A program made the translations under genes and the position numbers. Positions 10,924 to 26,597 of a DNA stretch of 64,000 nucleotides are shown piece after piece. Numbering within the stretch: position 1 is the first letter of the stretch; every line of letters starts with the position of its first letter. The notes under the pieces were generated by a model. It was given only the letters and a program-made list of their open reading frames with translations, did no database searches and was not told the origin of the DNA. The stretch lies in the NCBI RefSeq assembly GCF_009914755.1, contig NC_060932.1; one strand, written 5' to 3'. This DNA comes from the human T2T-CHM13v2.0 reference genome, Homo sapiens.

Positions 10924-11949
10924 TATTAACAATTAGTGACTATTAGTGAAAATTATGTGGGTGTTAATTGTTTTCTTCTTGCAATTTTCCTGATCTTTTA
11001 AAATTATCTTAAAAAGTTACAAAATAATACTAAAAATTTTAAAAATATATTGTAAATGTAACAGAAATTAGGAGGCAAGATATATGTACCAAAAAGAAAA
11101 GGATCTACAGCTGAAACAGTTTATTTTTAAATATAGCTATGAGCTTTCTAGCAGATCACAAATGTCTAATACTGGAAAGAGGTGGAAAATGCTGAAGATA
11201 TGTTAAGTATTTCTCAAATTTTATCAATGTGAAAATGTAAGTCTTATAGTGGATTATTAAGGTAACTCATAAAGGAAATGAACATTTTTGATGTTGCCAG
11301 ATGATGTATATACATTCTCCCCCTTAATGGTAATGTCCATGTGACTAGGGTTTATAGTTTTTGCATTGATGTGAGCTGCTATGAATTTCACAGAATTCCC
11401 ACTTTGCTTCAACATGTGAAGGTGCTATTTCTTTAGGCTCAGAAAGACCAGGCAATTTGCCCAATATCTCACAGCTAAAACATGGCAGAGCCACAATTCA
11501 AAACTTGATTTGTCTATATCAAATCCTTCACTCTTTTTCCTACTCCAATGCCATACCCCAATTCTCAATAAAGATATAGAGATGTTGCTAGCCCATGTCT
11601 AATCTTTGGTCAACCTAAGCTGTGACATCAATGCAGGTAATTATAACATAGTCAGCATAGACCTGCATGAGCCACTCTGTGGACTTCATGAGGCAGCCCT
11701 ATGTCCTTAGACGAAGGGATAAGTAGATGATAGGAAATGCTCCAGTGTGCATGGCTATTGTGAATTTCTATGCTCTCCTCCTTCTTAAGGAAAGGAAGCA
11801 TTCACGTGGTAGCTGCAAAGCTCTCTTCATGAATTGTCCAAATGTCTTGGTGGATTGCAAGCTCACCATGAGTCAAAACCATGGCCAAGAAAAATTAATC
11901 TGATTTTGAATTTGAATCCCTGGAGATTCAATGAATTTTATTATTTGAT

Positions 11950-12075
11950 AGAACTCAGAGAAACCTTAGCAATCTAACCTGCTAATTTTTACAGATGAGG
12001 AAACTGAGGCCCAGGGGAGAAGGATGCCTTGGTTGGGGCAGCAAGCTAATTAGCAGAAGAGGCAAGCACAGAGCC
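11950..12075 (-). mobile_element. MIR fragment
   Basis: atttttacagatgaggaaactgaggcccagggga. Confidence 0.8.
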
Positions 12076-12761
12076 ATTAGATAACCAGTTCTTACTCTCC
12101 TGGGAAGATTTGCTGGTATTCCCAGGCTCGATTTTTCTTTATTTTTTAAAAATCATGTTCTTCCCCTTTTATTGAACTAGACATTTTCTGACAAGCTTGG
12201 AAATGTTAATAGACCATCTGAGAGACCTGGTACCTAATGCAGCTAAAAATATCAAAAAGTATAGGCAGTGCTCTTGACTTCTCTTTCCCTTCAGTGTAGC
12301 TGATAGGTTTCCAAAAGGAAGTATTGGGAATGGGTTTGGACAGGGCCTAGTGCAGCTATTAATGACATATTAACACAATCTCATGGCTAGGCAGGCTCTG
12401 CTAAAGAATGTGTTAAACTGATCGTGGGAATCGGGAGGTCAAAGGGACCTGGGACAGAAGTAAATTCCCCCGAACCAAACTGGGAAAATAGGAACCACAA
12501 ATATCAAGAAATAGAGGGCATCTTCATGCACAGCCTTACAACATTGGAGGAAACCAAGTGTCTGAGGGTTTGGAAGGATAAGAATATATTGTCTTGCAGG
12601 GAGCAGGGTATAAAATCTCAAGGAAAAAGAAAAACCATGGCCAGATTTTCATATGTGGAGGGGGAGTGATGAGGCAGTGTGTTTTTTCTACAACTGATCT
12701 AGCAGAATTTGATCTGTTCAGTTTTTAAAATGATGCCCAGATAAAATCTCACTTAACTATA

Positions 12762-13021
12762 TAAACATGTATATGTGTGTGCATGTGCATATATGCATGT
12801 TTGTTTGTATATGTGTATTATATGTGTGTATTGTGTGTGCATATATATGTGGATATGTGTGTACTGTGGTATGTGTATTGTGTGTGTGGATACTTTGCGT
12901 GTGTATCTATGTATTGTATATATGTATATGTACATGTGTGCATGTGTGCTTTGTGTGAAGTGTGTATTATATGTATGTATATATGTGTATGTGCAAATTG
13001 TGTATTGTGTATGTGTATTGT
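12762..13021. repeat. Degenerate (TG)n/(TA)n simple repeat
   Basis: About 260 bp of tgtgtatatgtg-type sequence; source of the four overlapping C/V/Y/M- and H/T/I-rich ORFs. Confidence 0.95.
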
Positions 13022-13439
13022 CTCTAGATCCTAGTCGCTACTCCCCACACACTCTTCTCCTCTCTTAGCAGTAAGCTAAGGTCTGGAAGATAGACCTAAA
13101 AGCCTGGCAGTTGGAATCCTATTATTTTTCCTCTTCCCACTTGGGCTATGTGGGATGAAATGCATATTTATGTTTGAAAGAAGTCCAATTAGCAGAATAA
13201 TTCTGAAATGGCCCACTATTTGGCCCAGATTCATACACCTGGGCATTAAAGCAACTCTGAGACTCATTTCCAAGGCACCACTGCCAGGTGCTCTCTGGCA
13301 AAAGTGACTGATGCCCACAGCATCCAGAGTGTGGACATTTGCACAACAAATGGGCAAACTTTGGGTTTGAAACCCATCCATAACCCAGTGCATTGGTCCT
13401 AGTGGCGGCAGTGTCTAGAATGTGTGACTGTGCTTTGAG

Positions 13440-13870
13440 GGATGATAAATTTTATGAAGCAACCATCAAATTGATGTGCTATTGGGCTCCATCAGATATG
13501 CCAACATGATTGATGTTTGCCCATCAGTACAGCCAAGATACGATGTGCGGGCTCAGCATGTGTAAGCAAAACATTGCCCATTCGGAGTCTTAAGACCTGA
13601 TGAGAAACTTTGTAGGGGGCTGTTTTTATTATTATTACTGTTATTATTCCCTCAAGGGGCCTCTATGACTACTGAATTATAACTGATTTATCTTGCAGTT
13701 TATTGCAATTTGCCACTTTGCTCCTCATGTCAAAAACCCAATATAATTTTCATCCAAAAAAATTAGGCACTACATTATGATAATGGCATTAGCATTTCAT
13801 CCATCAGCAGAAACTGAATGCATTAACACATTTCAGAGACATTCATGATAAATTTGAAAAGTTGCTCTTT
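13440..13870. promoter_or_regulatory. Candidate enhancer (repeat-free, HOX/PBX-type motifs)
   Basis: TTTTATGA at 13450, TGATTGAT at 13507, TGATTTAT at 13684, several TAAT/ATTA cores; motif evidence only. Confidence 0.3.
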
Positions 13871-14691
13871 TGGAAGCGTGTACTTAAACCTTCAGATTAT
13901 CGTTTAGGTTTGGGAAAATCCTGGCAGCCTGGCCTACTGGAGATGAGGAAGCCTTTTAGGGAGTTGCCAGGACTGCCTCATTCTCACTGATAGGCCAGGA
14001 CAGGGATAAGAATCGGCTGGAAGGAAGTTTACAATCTGGGCGATGGCTGCTCCAAATCCCAGAGTCACTGGCTTTGAAAAGCCATCTGCCTAAAATTTAT
14101 TGTCTCAGAATGCTGGCACAGAGAGATAATGAATCCAAAGTTATAGGGTCAAGTTCACGTGCATCTGAGCCAACTAGCTTGGGGAGGGTGGTAGGAAGCT
14201 ATGAGACCACAGCCTCTGGATCTCCTCCAGCCCTGTTGGCTTTATGTACATACGGCGTTGGTTGCCAAGAAGAAAACTGGCAGAAGTGGGGGTGGGGGGT
14301 TGCTGGTTCACTCAATTCAAAAATCTTTGGTTGAGCCGCTATTTGGGAACATTATTCGCTCCCAACTAAGTAGACTTAGCAAAGATAACAAGGCCTGATC
14401 CCCGTCCTCAAGAAGCTCACAGTCTAGTGGTTGAATCACACGGGTAAACAAGCAATTCTCATGAGAGTTAGAGTAAAGGAAGAAGGTTGAGGTAAGTATA
14501 TCCCCAGGTATCTCCTCTAATGGTGACCTCCTTTCCCTCCACTACAGATCTCTGCTCCTCAAAAGGACTCTTCTCTGTAAACCTCTACCCTTTCCAAGTT
14601 TCAGTAACCAAACCACTCAACTTTGTTTATTTATCATGGCCTAGAGATGACAGTGTTTCTATCTGGGCCCCCTCACAAGCATACTTTAAGC

Positions 14692-14920
14692 CAATAGTCA
14701 GCAAAAATTTTCTGTAAAGAGCCTAATAGCAAATCGTTTCACCTTCCCAGGCCATACAGTCTCTGTTACAGCTACTCAATCCACTCTATCACTGGAGTGC
14801 AATAGCAGCCACAGACAATACATAAAGGACTTGGCATGCATGTATTCCAATAAAACTTTATTTACAAAAACACAGACAACAGAATGGATTTGCCCCATGA
14901 ACTGTAGTTCCAAATCCTCA
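14692..14920. mobile_element. MER58A hAT-Charlie MITE
   Basis: tttctgtaaagagcc...ggccatacagtctctgttacagctactcaa...gcagccacagacaata...tattccaataaaactttatttacaaaaaca. Confidence 0.9.
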
Positions 14921-14944
14921 GACAGACTGGGAAGTTTAACCTCT

Positions 14945-15159
14945 GGCTTCAACATGTTTGGCCTCAAAGTCTACTTTGGAAAACTAAAAAAATGTATTCC
15001 CCTGCAGACTTCTGCTGCAGAGTTTCAGTGACTATGAGTGAGTTACTTGAGGAAAAGGACAAGTTCTTACTTACCTGTGTCCCAAACACCAACTCTAGTG
15101 GGTAGAGCTTTGAACATATAAAACAAACAAACCAAAAAAGGTGCTTCTTGAATAAATGA
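14945..15159 (+). repeat. Local direct repeat, copy A (paired with 16822-17014)
   Basis: Colinear shared blocks: ggcttcaacat, ttggcctcaaagtcta, cagacttctgc, aaggacaagttc, agtgggtagagctt, aaaaaaggtgcttcttgaat. Confidence 0.9.
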
Positions 15160-16821
15160 CAAATACAATAGATGCTGGCCACTGGAAGTTAGGCTGGCCC
15201 ACATGGAAATGGCGAAAGGATCCCAGGAAATTTTGGAGAGTACTGCCAGCATCTAGGACAGTCCACCCCTGCACCGCTCACATCCAGCAGTGCCTCACAT
15301 GAAGTTGACTCCTTCTTAAAACTAATTACTCACAAGAGTAACTAAAATGTCTCACAAAAAGAACATTAGTGGAATGTTGGACAAGCTACAGTCTCTACTA
15401 CTACAGCTAAACCCAGGACACCATAGTTCATATTTACCATCTCCCTCCTCTCCATCCATTCTAGCTTTCTCTCATCCTCAGCCAACACTTTTGCCAAACT
15501 AGGCTACTTGCCAAATGGGGTAGCCCTAACCTTAATTTTTCTTAACAATGCACATGTATTACTCTGATGACAAAATATTTTATAAAATATTGACATTATT
15601 AATACATCTTTTAGCACATTATAGGTGCTCAAAATTGTTAATTCCCTACCCTCAAATTATATTCACATGTTGAATGAAATGTGTTTATTTCACAACAAAA
15701 TAGAACTCATTTAAAAAAAAATTTTTTTTTGAAACCCTTTTTCTGCCTGATTGCACATGCTGACATGTTCTTGCCAAATCCAACTGATGGCTCATCAAAA
15801 AAGAGTTCATTCGTGCTGATTCTTCTGGCACTTCCCTAGTAGATACCATAGTGTGCCTCTGGAATAAAGCAGTAGCATTGCTGGCTGATGGTGTCCAAAG
15901 CCAGGGAGATGATCCTCAGTCCAGAAGCAATTTCCTCCCTGTCACATTATCTGTTTTTCTTATCAGCTGCCCTACAGAACCCTACTCTATAAGGGAGAAC
16001 AGTTTTTACCCAGGCATTACTGACTTTCCAGAACCCTGGGGGGCTTCCAAACAGCACATTTTCAGGCTCATTTCATTTCCTGCCTTTGATTTAATAGGCT
16101 GGAAAGGAATGCAGGAGAATGATGCCCAGGCCTTGGCCCAGAGGGCTTGCTGAGGCCATGACAGCCAAGTTAATGTCAATCTCTTTGGCAGGTTCATGAT
16201 GGAGGCAGTATCCCCGGGTCCGTTGACACTGAATGGGCCCATGCACAGCGGCTGGTAGAATTGGCTTTTTCTGGCTCCCCACCATGGACAAGAAGAAGCA
16301 GGCCCTCAGGAATGAATCAGCATGGACACAGTGAGAGTCTGCAGAGGAGAAGAAGGAGCTTGCTCTCTCCCACCCCTCTTCCTAGCACAATGAGGGAGCT
16401 GCAGTCAGGGTATCAGCAAGGAGATATGGGTCTAACTCAGGAAGGGGTTCCAAAGTTCAGGAAGACACCATTGTGCAAGGCACCTAGTAATTGAAGCAGC
16501 ACAGGAGATCCCAGTACGGAACGCTGGGTGGTCTCCGGGTTCCATTATCTACCAGCTATGACACCTGGGCAACTCACATCTCCTGGTGGCCTCAGTATCC
16601 TCACTTGTAGGAAGGAATTTGTAGTACATGCCATAATCATTTCACCAAGATTCTTGACAAAGACTCAAAAGTAAGATCATAGATATTTAACTGTCTTGTA
16701 AAATTTAAAACACCTTATAATTGCAACCCATTAGGATGAGTCTAAAGATGGCTTCAAAGAAAAAAACCCACATTCAGAAGTCTTAGGTTTGAATCCAGGT
16801 TCCATTTCCAATTAGTTAGAA

Positions 16822-17014
16822 GGCTTCAACATTCTTGGCCTCAAAGTCTATTTTGGTAAACTAAGAAATGAATTTCCCCCACAGACTTCTGCCATGGCAT
16901 TTCAGTACCATGAGGGGAGTTAATTGAGGAGAAGGACAAGTTCCTCTCAAGCACTAACCCAGTGGGTAGAGCTTAGAAAGCATAAAACAAAAAAGGTGCT
17001 TCTTGAATGAATGA
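16822..17014 (+). repeat. Local direct repeat, copy B (paired with 14945-15159)
   Basis: Same blocks in the same order; roughly 80% identity by eye. Confidence 0.9.
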
Positions 17015-17059
17015 GCAACATTTTAAACAGGGTAACATAGCCAAATGTCAACCATGGCA

Positions 17060-17302
17060 ATAATGATGACAATGATACTACAAATTTTGTTCAGCTGGGC
17101 AATATTCTAAACACTTCACTTGCATTATCACATTTAATCCTCATAACAACTGTATGAAGTAGTTCTGTTATCAGCCTGAGTTTTTAAACGGGGAAGACGA
17201 GGCTTAAAGGGGTGAAGTAACTTATCCAAAGCCACCGGAATTGTCCACAGAAAAGCCAGAATTCATAAGCACATCTCTCCGACTCTAAAGACAGTGTGTT
17301 TT
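17060..17302 (-). mobile_element. MIR SINE
   Basis: catttaatcctcataacaactgtatgaagtag...gaggcttaaaggggtgaagtaacttatccaaagcca. Confidence 0.85.
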
Positions 17303-17510
17303 AGGACAGACAGACCCCCAGATACATGCACTGTGGACTTGTAAGGGCAGGGCACAGAGCTTCATTCAGAATCGCAGCAGTAATGGTTAACCCTTTCTGA
17401 GTACATGCAGGCACGCTGTTGCTATTGACCTTTATAAGGTGCTATTATAATCCCTATTTTACAGATGAGAAAACAGAGGACTGGTAAGGTTCAAGGGCTT
17501 ATTGCAATCC

Positions 17511-21317
<3,807 letters not shown>

Positions 21318-22338
21318 TCAGGGAGTCTGACACCACTGAAGGTTGAAGCCTATGCTTCAACCACTCTAGATACTCTAGATACTGCTTCAGAGACATGCAA
21401 ACGTGGAGGTGCATGGACGCACACACAGACTTCTAATCATGGACTCTTCTCCCCCATGGTGTCTTCTCATGTGCTACCTACCAGGCCCTCGCTGGCATCA
21501 AAGGGAGACAGAGCCGCTGTCACAGTCAGGAGTTGCCTCTCTGGTTCTGCGGGACCCAGCCCCCCTGGAGGTGGGAAACTGCAGAGGAAGAGGAAGTGGG
21601 TTGTCTGGAAAGGCAGGGCTGGGCCACAAGCCTACAGTTCTGCAGGCTTTGCTACTGGTGTGAGTTTCTTCCAGATTCACAGGAGAAGGAAGCTTAGGAG
21701 CAGCTGGCCTCCCCCGGCATCTCTGCAGGGGCCAGATTGCGTTGCCTTTTATGTTGTTTGTGCCCCATCAGCAGTTTCTCTTTGCAGTGGAAAAACATCC
21801 CACCTTCAGGGAGGCCTCTCAGCTCAGGGGTCTTTAGTGACCTCAATGAGGTAGAAAAAGTGCTTATATCTCTGCAGAGGAAAGGGAGCATCTCAGAGGT
21901 AAGAAGAAAGAAGCCCAGCAGAGGCCGGAAGTGCAGAGGCACAGACTCAAAGGGATGGATGCACCAGTGCCACACGACATTAGAGGCTCTTGTCTCCCAT
22001 GCACCCCACCCCACAAACTTCACCTCCATCCCCCCTAAATCATGCCTCCTCACAGCCCCTCAGGTCACGCCTCTGCACAAACCCCTCAAGGCCTCTCCAT
22101 TGCCCTCAGAAAAAGTCAAAACTCTTCAGTATGGTTGAAGAGGGGTGGTCAGCCCACCCCTCCCTCACCTGCTACACCCCAAGCATGCTAAGCTACTTGG
22201 GCTTCCCCAGCAGGGCGTGTGCAGCCTCCACACCAGTATCCCAGCTGTGGCCTCTGCCTGTGACATCTCTTCCTCCGCTGGACATTTCCCAAATCTCTAC
22301 ACTTCAAGATTCCACTTAGTCATCTCTCCCCTGAGTAT

Positions 22339-22343
22339 ACACA

Positions 22344-22386
<43 letters not shown>
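22339..22386. repeat. (CA)n microsatellite, about 24 units with one interruption
   Basis: Read directly from the sequence. Confidence 0.97.
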
Positions 22387-22388
<2 letters not shown>

Positions 22389-22426
22389 CTCCCGGATTTT
22401 AGAGTTCTGAGTCCCTCCTCTGGATG

Positions 22427-22794
22427 CCTGTTCTGACAATGCTATAAAGAACTACCTGAGACTGGGTTATTTATAAAGCAAAGAGGTTTAATTACAGTCA
22501 CACAGGCTGTATAGGAAGCATGGCTGAGGAGACCTCAGAAAACTTGTAATCATGGTGGAAGGCGAAGGGGAGGCAGGCACATCTTACTCGGCTGAAGAAG
22601 AAGGAACGTGAAGGGGGAGGGACTACACACTTTTAAACAACCAGATCTTGTGAGAACTCACTCACTATCAGGAGAACAGCACGGGGGAAGTTCACCTCCA
22701 TGACCCAATCACCTCCCACCAGGCCCCCCTTCCAACATTGGGAATTACAATTTGACATGAGATTTGGGTGGGGACACAAATTCAAACCCTATTA
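22427..22794 (-). mobile_element. THE1D/MSTA-type MaLR solo LTR
   Basis: gctataaagaactacctgagactggg...ggctgtataggaagcatggc...catgagatttgggtggggacacaaattcaaacc. Confidence 0.9.
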
Positions 22795-23944
22795 GTCCCC
22801 CAGCAGCCTGCAGGGTCCTCTCTCAGAAGGCACCACACTATATGATACCCACTGATGCGACTAGAATCTGAGCTCCTTAAGGGCAGGACTGGAACCGATT
22901 CACACCTGAATTCCCTACACTACACACAGAACTGGTATATATGACACGCTGAATAAATGCCTACAAATTATCCTAATTCACTGCATTGTTAGAATCAAAT
23001 GATATGACAGATGCAGAACATTTGGTAACCTGAAAATAATTATATAAGCTAAATGTACTACTTCATAATGACTAATGAGATAAAAGAAATTTTACCCAAA
23101 GCCATTTCTAACATAAAAAATGTCAGACACTGTTAAAGTGCTATTTCTAATCAGCAATTATGAGCAGGGTTTTTCTTCCTTATTAGCAGGATTGTTTTCC
23201 TTAAAATAAAGAGGTTTTGGGGTTTATTTCATTTGTATATTTAGATGTAGCTTTTGTTTTTATTTATATTCCTAAATCCAAAAAGATTTAAGGCAACTTT
23301 TAAAGGAGTTAACATTTTCTGTATTTCCCACCACCCTCAATCACACTGCATAACTTTTAGAATATTCAGAAATAATACTGAGAAACAATTTTGTTTGGGA
23401 GTTTTTCTGACTGGGGTCCACAGTGCCAAGAGACCTCAGAGAAGGGAATGGAAGGTAACCCCAGGGTTGACACTTGGCCCAGGCTTTGGATATGTTTGAA
23501 AATGATAAACCTGGGTCATTGAATCCTTCTTAGAAAGTGAGTGGTCAGAACTGCTAGACACTGCAAAATTACTTTCATCAAAACATAATAGAACCCTGTG
23601 TTAGATGCTTCCCATGCCTTTTCTTGTTTAAATCTCACTAGGAGGAAGTCCAGTTAGTTCTTCATTTTGTATTTGAGGAAGCCAGTGTTCAGGTAGATCT
23701 ATAAGCTTGCCCAGCCTCAGGGTGGGAGCTGCACCCAGGACTTGTCCGCATAACTGACAACCTGAACCACTGTGCTGAATGCTGGCTGCCATTGATATGT
23801 TAAGGTGGAGGAAGGCTTCAGCTCACCTGTGCCACCTGAACTGAGATATAAACTGCAACAGTACGAGACAGCCTGTGAATGGCCAGAGGTAAGACCAAGG
23901 CCTCCTCAGGCGCAGAAGAAAGTCTAAAGGGAAGCTTCCGTAAC

Positions 23945-24160
23945 ACAGTGGGTATAGTAGAAGAAGAATAGACTTGGAGTTCAAAGAAACTAGGGTTCAA
24001 ATCCCTGCCCCTCCACTTAGAAGCAAGTATCAAAACTGTGGCAATAACAATGCCTTAACCTTTATTTCCTCATCTGTTTAAAATGAAACAATGTTTAAAA
24101 ATGAATTATCCTTACACTCGTACAAGGATTAATTAATCCCATGCACTTAGAGCACATTTC
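23945..24160 (+). mobile_element. MIR SINE
   Basis: gacttggagttcaaagaaactagggttcaaatccctgcccctccactta...tttcctcatctgtttaaaatg. Confidence 0.75.
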
Positions 24161-24180
24161 ATATTGGCTCTCTTGGTTAA

Positions 24181-24391
24181 AGTGAGTTTCTCAGCCTACA
24201 CACTATTGACATTGAAAGCTGGGTATTTCTTTGTCGTGAGGGTTATTGTGTGCATTGGAGAATGGTAAGAAACATCCTTGGCTTCTACCCACCAGATGAT
24301 ATCAAACACCAGTAGTGACAACCAAAAATATTCCAAGTGTTGCCAATGTCCCCTGAGAGGGGGCAAATCTAGCCCTGGCAGAGAACCACTG
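24181..24391 (-). mobile_element. MER20 hAT-Charlie MITE
   Basis: tttctcagcctacacactattgacatt...ttctacccaccagatg...gtgacaaccaaaaat...gagaaccactg. Confidence 0.85.
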
Positions 24392-24529
24392 GTTTAGATG
24401 AAAATTTGCTATAGCCATCAGCCAGGGGTGGCCCTTGCAGCCAAAGTTAGCAATCTCCACAAGACCAAGGCCTCCTGCCAGTCAGTTACACTTATCACTG
24501 CTGCCCCGGTAATGTCATAGCTGAAGGCT

Positions 24530-25052
24530 TGTGATGGATTTTTTCTTATGCCAGCTTGGCTAGGACTGTTTAATTGAATAACAGTACCAGTCATTCAATC
24601 AAAGGTGAATCTAGGTGTTCTGGGCAGATATTGCATAGATGTAATTAAAGCCCCTAATCAGTTGTCTTTAAGTGAGATTGTCTTGGGGGCTGGACACTGA
24701 ATGAATTAGAAGGCCTCAAAAGTAGGTCTGAGATTTTCCTAGGCAAGAGAAGAAATTCTGCTTGTGCATGAGATGTTCAGCCCCATGCTTGTGGGTTCAA
24801 CCCTACCCAGGGTCTTTTTCTGACCTTCTGCACTACAGATTTGGGACTTGGTTAGCCAGTCCCCACAATCGCATAGTGAAATATTACATGTGTAATAAAT
24901 CTCTCTCTCTCTCTCTTTTGTTCTCATACAATGTATGTTTGTATATACAAATTTGTGTGTGTGACTGTGTTTGTGTGTGTGTTTGGTTTTGGTGTGTACT
25001 TGTGTGTATATCCTGCTAGTTCTGCTTCTCCTGTTGAATCCTAAATAATACA
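24530..25052 (+). mobile_element. MLT2-type (D/E-like) ERVL solo LTR
   Basis: tgtgatgg...cagcttggctagg; agccagtccccacaatcgcat; aataaatctctctctc; end tcctgctagttctgcttctc...taataca. Confidence 0.85.
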
Positions 25053-25439
25053 ATGCTAGCACACTACACAAAACTTTGAAGTTGAACCTCATTCCCACTG
25101 AATAAGGGGCAGCTCTACAGGACTTCAGTGTTCAAATTCAAGTTGTCATTCTCAAAGGAATCCTGGAATTCTTGTTTTTTCTGAGAACTATACAAGCATG
25201 GATTAGATTCCAACTTCAAGCAGCTATGTAATCACGTACTAGTAACTTAACTTCTCTGGCCGTCTATTGACTCATCTATAAACCTCTTGAGTTGTAAGAA
25301 TTCAATGAAAGAATATGCATAGTGCCTAAAAATATGGCTTTCTACATCTGTTACATACACTCAGACCTTAAAAATATTTTAGCAATCTTTCAAAAATGTA
25401 AATTATAATAAAAGGTCAGGTAAATATATTTCCATAGAG

Positions 25440-25531
25440 AGAAATATTAGCACATTCCAGTCTATTTTGAAGAATAGACTATTATGAAGAAATATTAGCA
25501 CATTCTAGTCTATTTTGAAGAATAGACTATT
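25440..25531. repeat. 48-bp tandem duplication (about 1.9 copies); each unit contains a hairpin
   Basis: agaaatattagcacatt(c/t)agtctattttgaagaatagactatt twice with one mismatch. Confidence 0.95.
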
Positions 25532-26597
25532 TGCTATTATGAAATATACAGCAATTAAAGTTACCTATAGAAATGTCCACATTGAAAATGAAGACACATA
25601 TTTAAAAGGTCACAGTAGTGTCACATAAAACATCTAGGATTCATTAAGGAATCTAAATATTCATCTAGGGGAGAATAACATTAATAAATCTCTTTGTCCA
25701 TTGAGATTTTCAACCCTTAGAATATTCCATATGAAGTTCTATTGATTATGGATTTGGAAATGTTTGCATTTACGTCTTTCTGTGTAAGCAGGGTGGACGT
25801 TGCTGCTGTAACTCAGGAAGGCATATGGAGGTGGTGGAGGTGGGTGTACAGGGTGAGTAAGCAGTGCATTACAGAGTCAGAGTAAGGATGCAGTAATTGG
25901 TGGGAAATGGAGCAGGGATCCATTCACGTTTAGGTGATTGTGGGTCTGCCAAGAAGCATGGCAAAAGAATGAGGAGAAAAGAACATGTTTTGAGAGAAAA
26001 TAATACATTTGATTTGTGCTGGTGGAAGTGTTTTTGGGGACGGCCCACAGGGGGATTTGGACCCAAAAAAAATGCAGCTTGCAGAGCATCTTGGTGACTT
26101 TGATGGTAACATTTACCAGCTGCATTTTAGCCATCTATGGGCCAGCTCCTTCTTCTCTGGGCTGTCAACACCTTGAGGGAAGAGGCCATATCTTCCTGCC
26201 ATGGTGCCCAGCAGACATGTGCAGACACTCCATGACAGTTGACTATAAGAAAGGCACCATCAGTCAGTGAAGACTGCAGAAGGCTGCTGTGTCTCAGGCC
26301 AGAACTCCAAGACCTAAGGAAGACTGGTTCAGATAAGGCCAGCATCCTCAGTGGACTAACACTTCCAAGGCAGCTGATCTCCACAGGAGTGTAGGCTCAT
26401 GTAATAAGAGAATTGGCAGGTTTCCGAAACCAGAGACAGTTGGCTCTTGGTAACCAAGCAAAACCCAGGCATAGAACCAATGGCAAAGGTTGGCCTCAGG
26501 ACCATGAGGACAGGAGTGGGTGTGGCATCCTTTAGAGCTGGAGCAGAGATAGAAGTGCACCAGAGAAGGCTACATTTCTGAATTGTGCATTTAATTA

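Larger units (their letters stand above)
9060..11030 (+). mobile_element. Old L1MC-type 3' UTR, split by an MLT1 LTR and HSMAR2
   Basis: agggaagaatcatcaatgaatgct; gaaatctggcagacaccaccttagccaagagatca; terminal ttcttgcaattttcctgatcttttaaaattat. Confidence 0.6.
22060..22970 (+). mobile_element. L2 3' region interrupted by (CA)n and a THE1 LTR
   Basis: ctccattgccctcagaaaaagtcaaaactctt; end ctagaatctgagctccttaagggcaggact...ctgaataaatg. Confidence 0.7.

Noticed and set aside
12753-13068. Cys/Val/Tyr-rich and His/Thr-rich ORFs resembling metal-binding peptides
   Set aside because: They are translations of the (TG/TA)n simple repeat.
15713-15772. A9T9 palindrome and p53-like CATG pair
   Set aside because: The palindrome is low complexity; the half-sites are imperfect and wrongly spaced.
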